NCBI RefSeq assembly: GCF_036971445.1
Contig: NC_091473.1
Span: forward strand, 206,956,001 to 207,018,565
Direction of reading: 5' to 3'
Source: Narcine bancroftii
Lineage: Eukaryota
DNA length: 62,565 nucleotides
Position numbers and translations under genes: made by a program. The notes under the pieces were generated by a model. It had not been told where the DNA came from. It did not search any database and saw only the letters and a program-made list of their open reading frames with translations. This document shows positions 36,751 to 50,244 of the stretch, in pieces (position 1 is the stretch's first letter; each line of letters starts with the position of its first letter).

Positions 36751-37762
36751 TTGTGTAATTATATCAGAACCACTACCTGTTATAGTTCTAAGAAGTTCTG
36801 GAGAAGGCATAAATTCACAAATTCAAATAAAAGCTAATTGATTTAATCAAAATGGAGAAGGCGTGGCTGACCATATTCAAACAAACAGAGACAGTGCAAG
36901 ATCAAACTAGATTCAAATCAGGGACACTGATGCAAATATGAAACACAGAATCGAGACGTAGAGTTCAAAAGTATAGACACAGGACTGTCTCAGCAACTTT
37001 ACAATGCTAAGTTATCTATCTCAGCGCGTCCTATTTATCTGAATTTTCCTCGTAACACTCCAAAGATTGCCCGTCATGTACCTATCTTTTAAAGGCATGG
37101 TAACGCCATGAGCGACACAGGTTGACGCAGATAGCTTGGAACAGACCATGTGGCTCAAGGTGGCATTCTGGGCTCGTCTCATTTGTTTGCATCAGGTCTG
37201 TATTATTTTAAACCCTTCCATTCCATTCCTGTGTATTTTGACCGTCGATATTCACCGGCTGTTTGAGCTTCCTTTGGCAGTTTGTTGAAGATACTCGATG
37301 AATGAAAAGGTTGTTCCTCAGTTCCTTCCCAAACATTTCACTTCTCAACTTATATCTATGCTGTCCTGTTCTGTAATCATCTACTATGAGAGATAGACTG
37401 TGAGCATTAATTCTATCAATGTCCCTTGCCCTGGAAATTGTCGGAACATTTGCCCTGTCCCACCTCACATTATCTACCATGCCTCCTCCCGAATATTCAT
37501 TGCATTCCTTTGATATAGTGGAGTAGAGAAAACAGTCGATTACCTTTCTGAAGGAACGCGGGTTATGTGGGACCATGGAAAATGACTGTTAGAGGGATGT
37601 TCGTTTTGCGTTCATAACAAGTTCACTCAAAATTTAATTTAGACATAGACATACAGCATGGTTCCAGGGTAATAGTGTTGAGTCAAATGCTACACTAACC
37701 ATGTCATGCATGTCAACGACTTTCTAAGCAAACACTGACAGATCTCTTAATGTGGTAAGTGC

Positions 37763-37846
37763 TGTATTTGCTGCACCTGATACCACCGTGTTATGAAAAG
37801 CTTATTTTTGGAAGCGGCACTAAACTCATCGTGGAGCCAAGTAAGT
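37763..37846 (+). CDS. TRDJ: Functional-looking TCR delta J segment (coding 37791-37840, YEKLIFGSGTKLIVEP)
   Basis: 12-RSS TGTATTTGC - 12 nt - CACCGTG (37763-37790), FGxG motif, phase-1 donor GTAAGT at 37841 in frame with C exon 1. Resembles human TRDJ1 (DKLIFGKGTRVTVEP). Confidence 0.96.
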
Positions 37847-38361
37847 CATCTTTCGTTGATTTTCATATGCTTATAGAAATAGCAATCGTTATTTGCTCTG
37901 AAATTGTTAATTATTTATGTGATATGCTATCGTGTTTGTGAACGTGAGTTCATGTATAGGGGTGGAAATGGGGTGAGGTCGAGGGTAACGATGTAGTTTG
38001 TCAGCGGAGCATTGTATTAATATGTTTACATTCACTTGAGAAACCAATGTTGTCCTCGGAAATCTGACACACCATCGGGTGGATAACGGTCCAATTCTTA
38101 GACTGATTTTCCCTCCTCCACTCTCACTTAATTGGTTGTCATCAGTTTATTCCAAGTGCACCTTAGCTCCATTCCGTTAAAAATTCCACGAAATGTGGCA
38201 TTCCTACTAAAGGCATCATCAAATGTATCTTAGGTAAATATTTTGCATCACTCACAAATTGGTTGTTGCTTTGTTTCGGATGAACATTCACTGGGTAATT
38301 GAATTAGCCACACGATGACCAAAACATTCTGCAGCGCAGAAGGCTGTCCGAATTAGTAGGA

Positions 38362-38456
38362 GATTTATGTCTGGGATGTTGTTAGAGTAAGATATTTCAG
38401 AACTGAGAGACTGACATTCGGCAGCGGGACCCAGTTGAGAGTTGTGCCAAGTAAGC
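38362..38456 (+). CDS. TRDJ: TCR delta J segment with intact frame (38390-38450, RYFRTERLTFGSGTQLRVVP) and non-canonical heptamer
   Basis: Nonamer GATTTATGT - 12 nt - TAGAGTA, FGSG motif, phase-1 donor GTAAGC at 38451. Confidence 0.88.
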
Positions 38457-38777
38457 GTGAGCTTCCTCTTCTGATTAATATTGCTTTTTTGCCAGACATT
38501 TCAGGTGTCGATTGAAACGAATTCAAATGTGTTTTGTGCAAATAGAAACTCAATAGAGGCAGCCACACGACCCATTTAGTCATTGTATAAAGCCACCAAT
38601 AAAAAATGCCTGCGGAACTCATTTTGTCAGACAACATCTAGGGAAGGAAATGGATACTTAATGTTAATTTTCCATTTCCCTCTGTAGATATAGCCTGACC
38701 CTCAATTCCTCCTGTCATTTTCTATTTGCTCTACGTTCCTGAATCTTTACTGTAATGTGCCTGGCACTTCATTGGCT

Positions 38778-38960
38778 CTCAGTACAGTTGCACAACTGGT
38801 AGAGATGCTGCCTCGTATGTCCAGTGACTCAGGTTAAATCCAGGGCTCAGAAGATATTTGTTTTGAGTTCTCAGAATTCCCTCGTGAGATTCAGGAAAGG
38901 CCTCCAAAGAGGTAAAGATTAGCTGGTTAAATAAAATGGACCTAGTGTAATAATCTGTGG
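38778..38960 (+). mobile_element. Decayed tRNA-derived SINE
   Basis: A-box-like TTGCACAACTGG and B-box-like GGTTAAATCC, followed by a V-SINE-like body. Confidence 0.5.
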
Positions 38961-41024
38961 ATAATCGATTGAAATAAAGGGAATACCATGCAGTAAGGGA
39001 GGAATAGTGTAAATGACATTTTTGGTCGGCAGGAACTAGTTCAGATCCTTAATGCTATGAATGGATAACAAAAGTCAGAATAAATACATCGTCCCTCCTC
39101 TCATATATTTTCAATTAGTTCTTTGAATTTTGCAACATGGTAACATGCCCTTCGCCCTAATTTGTTCACACCGACTGATGTTCCTGTCTGAACTAGTCCC
39201 ATTTCTTTCCGGACCAAGTAGCCATCTAAATATAAGTTCAACCTTAGAATTGTCACTGCTTCCCACAATTCCTATGACAACTTGTTCGATAAAACCACCA
39301 CCATATGGTTGAAGAGATTTGCCTTACAACTCTTTCAAAGATTTCCCTTCTTCTCTCTGGTATATTCTCCTTTCCTGGGATATCGTTCTTAATCCTCGTC
39401 CTACTCTAATTTTATATCCTTTAAAAATATCTCCAATTATCCAACCCCAGTCATACCCTACTTCGGGAAAGTTATTATTCATTTGCGTTGGATTAGAGCC
39501 ATTCGTCATTTTATTCAAGAAAATGGCATGAGGTACATTTAAGGATTACCCTTAAGTATGTTTTATTACCCGCCAGATTCCATAAATTAATACGACATCT
39601 AATGAATTTACAAGATTTTAAAGCGAGGTCAAAAAGGTTGCAATACATTTAAATTATTTAGAAACACGCAATATGTTAGAAATATTTATTTCAAAGCATT
39701 GTGAAAAGTCAAGCATTCCAGCAGCAGTTCTGGAAAGAGAAACTTTATGGGAAATAATTTACATCATTAATTCTTAAGTATTCACGAACTGGAATAGGTC
39801 AATTGTTAGCAACTTAATACTCTTAATACATTGAACTATTTTCCATTCCGAAAATACACAACGTGGTTTTTTTTAATAAAAGGCTAAAACATTAGAGAAC
39901 AGGTTAGTGTTTAGTTGTAAATTCAGAGTTTTAATGCATTAAACAGGTCCTTCGGCTCCATTGGTCCATTACAACCATGTGCCCTCTGTTTGGCACATAC
40001 TTCTTCCAACTTTTCCGTTCCAAGTGTCTGTCCAAGTGACACAACTGTTGCGGCAAACTTCTTTGGCAGCCTCTTATATATATCCTGAGCATCTGTGGTC
40101 ATAATCTGCCCCACATGTTTCCTTTGAATATATTAATGTTCCTACTTGTAACCTGTGCCTTCCAGTTTTGTATTTCCATGCAGTGGGAAAAGTTCTGTGG
40201 CCATTCATCTATACATCTATTTACCTTATGATTTTTCTATACCTTTTAAGGTCAGCAATCTGCCTTCTCAGCTCCCTGGAGAAAGCTCCAGGCCTATCAA
40301 ACTTTCCGTAAAGCGCAGCCCTCCAGTCACTGTTGCATTAAGGAAAATATTTTCTGCACTTTTATTAACTTAATAATATCCTTTCTATATCTGCCTGACC
40401 AAAATTTCACGTAATGCTCCAAATGTGGCCTGCCAACATCTTTTACAGTTGGAATATGATTTTGCAACTCTTACTATCAGAGATCTCACGATTGAAGGCA
40501 ACTGTCCAAATAACTTACAAACATCCTTGTCTAGGCTTATTTCCATTTCCAGATCTCAATGTTCGACATCACGCTCCATGATTCTACTATCTACTGCCAA
40601 GGTGCTGAGCAAAAATTGTACACCTCACAGTTATCTGAGTTAAATGTGATCTGCCTTTTTGTACCCATTACCCCAGATGATTCTAATCAGGTAGCCTTTC
40701 TCGCTGTCCGCTATACCACTAATTCTGCTGTCAGCACAAAAACTATTAACAATTTCAAAAACATTGACCTCCATATTGTTTAATGCGGGATTATAGTTCT
40801 CAGGATTTGGCTGTTTTGTTTACCCTCTTAAAATCATAATAGATCCCCGCAATGATTGTTCGAAAAAAGTGACGTAACATCCCCATTTAAATATTAAAAT
40901 TTGACCAGAAATGCAGGGATCAACTGATGTTTAGCTTTATATAGGTGTCTGACAAATCTGTGTGAGTCTCCCATTGTTACAATTGTGTTCAGAGACTTTA
41001 AATGCAAATTAGACATACAGCAAG

Positions 41025-41385
41025 GGAGAAGGCCATTTCGACATAAGAGTCCGTACAGTCCAATTTATGCCCCATTAACCTACACGTCTGGTACGTTTTA
41101 AAAGATGGAAGGACACTCGAGACCCCGGAGAAATCCCGCTCAGACATGGAGAGAAAGTATAAACTCCTTTCAGACAACGTGAGATTCGAACCTTCGTCCG
41201 GTCTCGATCGTTGGTTCTGTAAATGCATTGCATTAACCAGAAGGAGTTGGCACACTCTTCTGTGACTCTGTGGCTTTTCTCCGGAGTCTCTGGTTTCTGC
41301 CCAACGTTTGAAAAGTACCGGGGGTTGAAGGTTAATTAGGTGTAATTGGTCGGTGTGGAGTCGAGGGCCGAAATGGCCTGTTAGA
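41025..41385. mobile_element. Two tRNA-derived V-SINE-like copies in divergent (inverted) orientation
   Basis: Copy about 41025-41225 on the - strand (GATTCGAACC B-box) and copy about 41255-41385 on the + strand. Both resemble 56205-56420. Confidence 0.7.
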
Positions 41386-41436
41386 GTGTTGTCTGCCGAG
41401 TGGAAAATAGCATATAATGTCAAGGAAATGTATTTT

Positions 41437-44400
41437 AGGAACATAGGAAGTAGGAACAGGAGTAGGCCAAAAATGGCCCATCGAGCCTGCTCCGCCATTC
41501 AATATGATCATGGCTGATCTAATTTATGACCTAACTCCACTTACCTGCCTTCTCCCCATATCCCCTAATTCCTCTATCATGTAAAAATTTATCGAACCAA
41601 ATTTTAAATATGTTTAATGAAGCAGCTTCAACCACTTCCCTGGTTAGAGAATTCCAAACATTCACTACTCTCTGGGAAAAACTATTTTTCTTCATCTCTG
41701 TCCTACATCTACTCCCCCGAATCTTGAGACTGTGCCCTCTGGTTTTAGTTTCCCCGGCAAGCTCAAAACACCTTCCTACATCTATCCTATCCATACCCTT
41801 CATAATCCTATATGTTTCTATAAGATCTCCTCTCATTCTTCTGAACTTGAGTGAATACAATCCTAGACGATTTAATCTTTCATCATAAGTCAACCCCTTC
41901 ATCCCAGGGATCAACCTAGTAAACCTCCTCTAGACCGTCTCCAAAGCCAGTATATCCTTCCTCAAATATGGAGACCAGAACTGGACACAGTACTCCAGGT
42001 GCGGCCTCACCAGTACCTTATACAGTTGCAACATTACCTCCCTACTCCTGAATTCAATTCCTCTAGCGATGAAGGCCAACATTCCATTTGCCTTCTTAAT
42101 AACCTGTTGCACCTGCAACCTAACATTTTGCGATTCATGCACAAGCACTTCCAAGTCCCTCTGCACAACAAGTTGTGTAGTTTTTCACCCTTTAAATAAT
42201 ATTCAGCTCTTTTATTTTTCTTGCCAAAGTGGATAACCTCACACTTACTAATATTGTACTCCATCTGCCAGATCTTTGCCCACTCATCCAGCTTAACTAT
42301 ATTCCTCTGCAGACTCTCCACATCCTCATTACAATTTTCTATTCCACTCAATTTGGTGTCATGCGCAAACTTGGATTATCCAAATTTTGTCCCCTCCTCC
42401 AAGTCATCAATGTAAATGATGAACAGTTGTGGGCCTAACACTGACCCCTGCGGCACCACACTTACCACTCTCTGCCAACCTGAAAAACTCCCATTTATCC
42501 CGACTCTCTGCCTCCTGTCAGACAACCAATTTTCAATCCAGGCCAATATACTTCCCCGGACTCCACTTTGCTGTAACTTACTGATAAGTCTCTTGTGCGG
42601 CACCTTATCAAACACTTTCTGGAAATCCAAATATACAATATCAACCTGTTCCCCTCTATCCAATGCACCCATTATATCCTCAAAGAATCCTAACAAGTTT
42701 GTCAAACAAGATCTTCCCTTTCTAAAACCATGCTGCGTCTCCCTGACCGAACCCTTACGTTCCAAAAGTTTCACTATTTCATCTTTAATGATGGCTTCAA
42801 GCATTTTTACAACTACAGACGTCAAGCTAATTGGCCAATAATTTCCAGTCTTCTGCCTACATCCCTTCTTAAAATGTGGCGTGACATTTGCCGTCTTCCA
42901 GTCTGCCTGGACCTGCCCAGAATCCAAGGAATTTTGGTATATGACCACCAATGCATCAACTATAACTTCTGCCATTTCCTTCAGAACCCTTGGATGCATA
43001 TCATCAGGACCAGGAGATTTGTCAGGCTTTAGTCCCATTAGTTTCTCCATCACTACTTCCTTTGTAACAACTATTTTATCAAGACCCTCCCCAACATTTG
43101 CATCCTTAACTCCACACTTTGGCATGCTGGACGTGTCTTACACCATGAAGACTGACACAAAATATTTGTTCAATGCCTCGGCCATTTCCTCATTTTTTTG
43201 TTAGCAGTTTTCCTTTCTCATCCCTTTATTTTTTCCCCTTTATTATTCTTTATCTCTACTCAAATGGACTTAACATTATGCTCTTTAGATCTTATATCAT
43301 CCCTCACTACTGCCTGGAGTTCATCTTTGATTAAGAATGCAACTCCATCTCCCTTACCATCCTGTCTATCTCTTTGCACCACCTGATATCCTTGAAAGTT
43401 TAATTCCCATTTAGGGTCACCTTGTAGCCATGTTTCCGTGATGTCTACCAAATCATAGGCATGGGTACCGATTTGCACCTCAAGTTCACTAACCTTATTT
43501 CTAATACTGCGGGCATTCTGATAAAGTTCCCTTATGCTCTTTGTCCTTTTAACATCTAGTGACTTCTGTAACCTTTTCTTTTGATTTTTCTGTCCACTAT
43601 TTTTCTTTGTGATTTTCTTAACACTATCATTGACCCGAAAACTCACTGCACCATATGATTCTTTTACTTTCTCCTCCCAAGATTACTTTTCCTATTTTAC
43701 TTTTCCTGGCCATTACTTTATCTTCTCTACCCTTTTCCCTATCACTCTGGTTCCCATACCCCTGCCAAATTAGTTTAAACCTTGCCCCACTGCTGTACCA
43801 AACATACTTGTCAAAATGTTGACACCTTTTGGATTTAGGTGCAACTCGTCCCTCTTGTAAAGATCATGTCTTCCCCAAAAGACTTACTGATAAGTCTTTG
43901 ATCCAAAAATTATCCAAGAAGCCAAATCCTTGCCTTGTACACCAGCCCCTCAGCCACACGTTCATTTTCCTTATCCTTACATTCTTTTCATCACTTGCAT
44001 TTGGAACAGGTAGTAATCCCGAGATCATCACCCTAGCGTTCCTGTCTTTCTTCTTTGGTCCCAGCTCACTGTAATCCCTTTTCATTATCTCCTCCCTTTT
44101 CTGGTCAATGTCGTTTGTACCCACATGTACCAAGATATCAAGCTGCTCTCCCTCTCCTCTGAGAATATTTTGGACCCGATTTGTGATATCTCGTACCCTT
44201 GCACCAGGGAGGCAGCACACCATGTGGGTATACTTATCTGGCTCATAGAACTTCCTGTCTGTACCCCTGACAATGGAGTCCCCAATAACTACTGCATTTC
44301 TCCTTTTCCTTTTCTTTTGTACCACTCTGCCAGGCTCATTGCCATTGACCTGGTGCCCGTGGCCATCTTCTGTCTGGTCATCTCCCTCAACAGAATCCAA

Positions 44401-44625
44401 CACAACATAACTGTTGCCGAGTGGGGTAGTGTGCTCTCCGTTTATCTCGCTTTTTTCTTCACCCCTCCCCAACCCCCCCCCCCCTTGACGGTTTCCCACT
44501 TACCTGACACGGGTTCTGGAGTATTTATCGTCCTGAAAGTTGAGTCGATTAACTCCTCACTCTCCCTTAAAAGCCGCAGGTCATCGATCTGCAACTCCAT
44601 ATCCCTAATTCGCTCCCTTCGTAAA
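41437..44625 (-). mobile_element. Relatively well-preserved CR1 LINE (part of ORF1, ORF2 with an internal deletion, 3' UTR)
   Basis: ORF1 esterase motifs (VIGDS, CLPGA, VHVGTND), EN start (YQNARSIRNK, ITETW), RT ([21 protein letters not shown]), RPHLEYCVQFWSP, TRGHSLKI, and a 3' UTR with a short-repeat tail. Confidence 0.95.
43864..44499 (-). pseudogene. CR1 ORF1 SGNH/GDSL esterase-like domain
   Basis: GDS, G and GxND blocks are present. The DxxH block is displaced by a deletion or frameshift near 43880. Confidence 0.8.
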
Positions 44626-47559
44626 CATACAACATGGGACTAACTTAATAAGTAACGGTAAAACGATTTCTGAGATGTGCCAAACAATAAAGGCATGTGT
44701 TGGACCTTCATTGACAGTGATGAGAGCATTTATAAGAGGGAACGATGTAATGACAGATCAATTCCAGTCTGACCGTGGAAGAATATTGATGAACAAAATA
44801 TCCAAGAGAATGAGGAGAACCTTTCATCCAATTTTCAATGGAATATAGAAGAAATTAATTTTAATGAGGAAATACCTGATAAACAAATAATCCTCAAAAG
44901 GATGAACATAGATGGGACACAGTCCGAAGTATATATCCTTCCAGATTTGGAATCATTGAGTGATAGGGTTTTACAGAACGGAAACAGGTTCAACATATTC
45001 ATGCCACCCAAGTTGTCTACCTGAGCTTCTCCTATTTGCCTATGTTTGCTCACACTGGCCAAGGCATATCCATGTGCCTGTCGAAATATTTATTTTTACA
45101 TATTGTATGTGAACCCAGCTGTACCACCTTTGTACCAGCTCATCCCATATATCTAAAATCCTCTCTGTGAAAACGATGTTACTCAGGACTCATCGAATTG
45201 TCCCTTTTTGATTTAAATCAAGGCACTCTGGACTGATTTGACAAAAATGTTAAGTGTATAAAGCTTACCTACGTTTTACTTTAAATATGTCATGATGGAA
45301 TATCATCTTGCAAATTTATANNNNNNNNNNNNNNNNNNNNNNNNNNNNNNNNNNNNNNNNNNNNNNNNNNNNNNNNNNNNNNNNNNNNNNNNNNNNNNNN
45401 NNNNNNNNNNNNNNNNNNNNNNNNNNNNNNNNNNNNNNNNNNNNNNNNNNNNNNNNNNNNNNNNNNNNNNNNNNNNNNNNNNNNNNNNNNNNNNNNNNNN
45501 NNNNNNNNNNNNNNNNNNNNNNNNNNAGAATGAGAGAATATATTAAATTCCTAATAGCTAACTTTACATCTGTGATTGTTCAGATGTTGGAATGAATAAC
45601 AGAACACGTGATATTAAGCTGTTTAAAAGATAAGGCTCCATTGAGCAGAGTCAATGAGCACTTCAAAATGTAATTAAAGTTTCACTAATCCGTTGTTGAG
45701 CATGTATCTCGTAGAATCATTGAATGGATAGAGTGCAGATGCAGACCGTTCAGCCCATCAGATCCATCGCAGTTGCTGAGCAGAGCAACCTGCACCCTTC
45801 TTTCGCACTTCGATATTTTTCCCACCATATATTAATTAGATTTGAATGCAAAATTTAGGCTAAAAGACCAAGTGCAAGGGGGTTTGTTAACCAAGGGTTA
45901 ATTCAAGAGTCAGCTCGCAGCAGGAAATGAACTGTGTTTGAATATGAAATCCATGTTTTAAATCTCATATGACTTCTGTTCAATGGAAGGGGAGAACATA
46001 GAATGCCCGAGAGAAGATGGACCCTTTCACATTTTGGCAACCTTCCCAGAATGGTCAGGTAGAAATCAAGTCGGTGGACGGAATGCTAATTCGTTTACTG
46101 GCCCGAGTAATACCACTTGCAGATCCCTACGCAAATTCTAAATGAATGTCTCTATTTTCAGAGATAAAGCATTCTGGAATTCTAGAAGATCTCCTGAGAG
46201 GAAACCACCTCTCCGCCTTTACCCTGTCCAGTCCCAGAATCAATTATTATTTTGTTCAATAAGATCCAAACGTATTCATTCAAACACAAGTGATATTCTG
46301 TCAGCATTGCTTAACGTCTTCTGATGAAGATTCCTCAAACTCTTTCAACCAAAGAATTTTAATTCCCTGAACAAGGGAACTGATTTGATAATACTACTCC
46401 ATATTTGGTCTCACTGGTACCTTGCACATTTGAAGTAAGATATCCCTTCTTTTATACTTGAGTATTTTGGAAGAAAGTTTAACCTTCCATTGTCCTTCCA
46501 TATGACCTCTGCACATTCATACTTGTTCTGTGTTACATACGCAAGGCCCTGCAAGACCCCTTGTGTGATCGATTACAGTTCCTGGGTTGCGATCTGCAGA
46601 TGGTGATAAAAATCCTTGTGATATCAAGAGATCAGTAATTCGCCACGAGATACCCAACCTCTTACCCATTCTTGTAGCCACGGCATGTATGTGGCTGAGT
46701 CTGCGTATAGTGACGATTATCTGATGAGAGAAAATGCAGCAATATTTCCTTGTGACTCTAACCTAGGCGGAAATATGAGTAGTCATGTAAAATAAGATTC
46801 ATTGGGAAGCCAGGAGGCAAGTCGAAGACAATGTGGAACCCGTGAACCTATTGACTTAGGTTGAACCAAAATTGGGAAGACTGTGAATTGGTTAATGGTT
46901 CAAATTGCTAATGTTCCAAAAATTCTGGATCCACTTATGTATGAGTCAATAAAGACAAAATATCTGAGCAGAAATTTGGGAATGCAAGAAAGTTCAAAAT
47001 TTTGAATGGGCTGGAAATCCAAAATAAATCAATAAATTTTAGAACTGATCAGCGGGTCTTATCAGGGGGGAGATAATCAGAATTTTTTTTTAACCTCAAA
47101 TTCCTTTTGTGAGAAACGATAAAGAGAGGATAGAACTCCATAACCTGAAGAAATCCTTGGTAGCAGGAACGTATCTTACAGAATTAATCCAGAGTGAACA
47201 TGGGGGATGATCTCCAAGCAAGGGTACTCACTCAGAGAGTAAATTGAAGTAGTTAGAGTATTGAGAGGTCACCTTTTCTCTTTCTGCAGGAGGAGTTGAA
47301 TTCAATATAAAATAAATTTGGAAAAATTAAATAGACCGTGTTAAGATGAGGCTGGAGTTACCGTGGGTAACTTCAGACTTCTTTTCTTTTTTAAAAAGCC
47401 CATGTACTTTTTTGAGGTAATCACGGTGTGGATCACTCCAATGTTTTCACTCGTGACGCTTCTGCAGTACAAAGCGAGATTTATTAGGTTATGCCTGTAT
47501 TCCTGGAATTCAGGAGAGTGAATTTTCTCTGATGCTTCGGGATTTCTTTGATGGTGGTC

Positions 47560-47750
47560 GAAGCAGGAGCACAGCTGATAGGAATGCTTCCACATAGTTT
47601 CAGCGACCCAGATTCGACCCTGATTCTGGTGTTGACTCCGTGGTGTTTTCATGTTCTCACGTGGAGCTTCTCTGGATGATTCCTTTCCTCCTACATCAAA
47701 AAGGAGTGCTAATTGATAAATTAATTCAGCAGTCTAAATTTCCCCAATTG
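47560..47750 (+). mobile_element. Decayed tRNA-derived SINE
   Basis: B-box-like GATTCGACCC (about 47611) and a V-SINE-like body. Confidence 0.5.
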
Positions 47751-48693
47751 CGAGAAATCATAAAATGAAGAATCAGTTGTAAATGAGATAGGGTGATGTG
47801 AACCGAAAGCTTGTATTCTCCTTCTTCTAAACTCCAGATTAAGTCATACAATCATTCTTTTTTTAAAAAAAATGACATAGGCCCTCTCACCATGGAATAA
47901 ATTAAAACTGTTTTTTTTTTCTTTTATTCAGAATTTAAACAGTCAAGACCTTATCCCCAACATCAAGGTATCACATGCCTTCAAGACAGGGGAAAAAGGT
48001 TTACGAGAACTATGTGGGGCAATTATTTTGCAAAGAGTGTAGTTTGAACTGATGGATACTGATACTGATACTCTGCAAGTAACAGAGTTTTAGTTCACGT
48101 TGGGTATACTGTTCTACACAGATATTTGACAGAATTGTTTATTTCTGTATAATCGTTGCAACTGCTCTTTTTTTCTCTATTTTCAATCTACCTGATTTGG
48201 TTCCGAGTCCATTAGCACTTGAATCAAACAAAAACAAATTTATAATCCTAAAAGTGACATCTTTAAATTGTAATTAAGAATTCTAGCACAAAGGATGAAT
48301 TCCTAAGGAAAGGGTTAGGCTAATTGTGGATGAAGTGAAGAAAAATGTATTCAACCAATGAAAACTGATCTTGTGGCATTTTCCCCTACAGAACACCATT
48401 GACGCCAATTCATTTGAAGTATTCATCAAGTAATTCTATATAAAACCTCTGCGTTTAAAGTCATTAGGTTATATGTGGTGGAAGAAGAAAGGGACTACTG
48501 ATTTTATGATGACCATTTACGAACGTATTAAAAAGTTAAGAAAGCAAGAAGCACTGGAAGTCGTACTTTTTTCCTAATGTTTATTTTTCTGTGTTTATGG
48601 CAGGTGTTTATGTCAATCCCGGCTTTCTCTGCTACAACCGATGTTACTGATTGATTCTAATCATATTTCCTCTTGTTTCTCTGGAATGTTTAG

Positions 48694-49011
48694 AGCCTAA
48701 AGCAAAGAATATACATCCACAACCATTAGTCTTATACCCGCCCCTCAGTCAGGGTGTGAGTACCACAAAGTCCAAAACTGCCGCGGTGTGTCTGCTGTCT
48801 GATTTTTATCCCAAAAAGATTGAGCTCTTCATGGCTATAAACGAAACAGTCAACGTCACGACTCCAAGTCGTCTGAATGATAACGGATTTTACGTAAGTT
48901 CCGGTTACCTTCAGTTCCCAGATGATCAAGACCTGGAAAACATCACGTGTACCGTAAAACATGAGAACCAAGAAAAAAATAATACTATCCAGGTGGATAA
49001 ACGTGTACCAG
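48694..49011 (+). CDS. TRDC: TCR delta constant region exon 1 (Ig C1 domain)
   Basis: Acceptor TTTAG at 48693, phase 1. (K)PKAKN...AAVCLLSDFYPKKI...ITCTVKHE...KRVP, with both Ig cysteines and the FYPK motif. Donor GTGAGC at 49012. Confidence 0.95.
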
Positions 49012-49590
49012 GTGAGCGTTGAGAATTATGGGTGAAATAATCAATCTTCCACACATTTCCTTCTATTGGGAAGGAGTTTTCCTATCAAGAAGTACTGCAT
49101 ATTTTTGTAGGTAAACACGGTTCACGTGCAAGGTATCCATGCACACATTTGTATACAATGTGATCCAAGAAACATCAAAGTGATCGTAAGTGGATCATGT
49201 TTTGGGTGAAAGATATTTTTGTAAATATTGTTAAGATTTTGGATCCCCAATTGGGTGGAAGACAGCTTGGATTTTACCTTTCAGCCAAACATCAGCATCT
49301 TTACAAGAGTAACGCTTGTAAGGTGTTGATGTCAACTGCGAAATAAAAGCTTGAGTCTCTAGTATCAGAATTCAGCATCAGCTCACCTGCCAGTGCAGGT
49401 TAAATGAGCCACAGCCACCGTAATCATCTTTGCTTGATCCCAATCATACCAGAATAAATGAAAGCGTGCCTGGCGTGTTCTTGTCATAAAGTTCACAGAC
49501 AATTGTTAGAGTAGGAATGTTGTTTTAACGTCAGTAATGGAACAAATGTCACGTAAATTGAATAATAGTGTACTTATTCCACTTTTTCAG

Positions 49591-49647
49591 AAACTGTAGA
49601 TAAGCCGAATTGCGAAATACAGAAAAGTAGCAACCAGAATGCATCAG
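49591..49647 (+). CDS. TRDC: TCR delta constant exon 2 (connecting peptide ETVDKPNCEIQKSSNQNAS, with the interchain Cys)
   Basis: Acceptor TTTTTCAG, 57-nt phase 1-1 exon, donor GTAATC. Confidence 0.88.
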
Positions 49648-50244
49648 GTAATCAGTTTATATCGAAAGAATATGAAACAAGAGATCAACGCAAAACATGG
49701 AAATTAATAGCTATGCCCAGGTGTACAAAGTAATGGATGGGTCCATTAACAGACAGATAAGTGGAGGAAAATAACAATTTTACAAGAGATATATGCGGCT
49801 ATTTGATTCTTCATTGGTATCAAAATGTATGAAAGAAACGTTGATTGCAAGACGAAATGGAGTCAGCGCTAAATGTGGCAATGCTTTAAGATCATGCAGA
49901 ACCTTAAGTTCAGTTAAGATTAAACGCACAATTTTGCAAATATGTTATGTCTCTTTGTGAGTTAATTGCCCGGGTAAAAGGTTGCCAGAGATTAGGAACT
50001 GCAAGAAATTACAGGGACAAATATTGAACTAGACATTTTCAATGGTAAAAAATGAGGTGCTCCTTTGGGTTGTTGAAATGCCTTTTGCGAGACCCATGGC
50101 CAGTGCTAAGAACCAGATTTTCCACGAAACACAGAGACAGAGAAGGGGTGTCAGAGACAAGGGTATCCAACACCTCAGTTTCAAATCAGTATTGAATTAG
50201 TGATTAATAAGTACGATATTTTCCTTCTGCTTCTAAGTGACGTT

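Noticed and set aside
46795-46848. VEP followed by GTGAAC
   Set aside because: No FGxG at the right distance, wrong phase and no RSS.
47338-47430. TACCGTG and CACGGTG heptamer-like motifs with a GTAATC donor
   Set aside because: No acceptable nonamer at 12 or 23 bp and no glycine motif.
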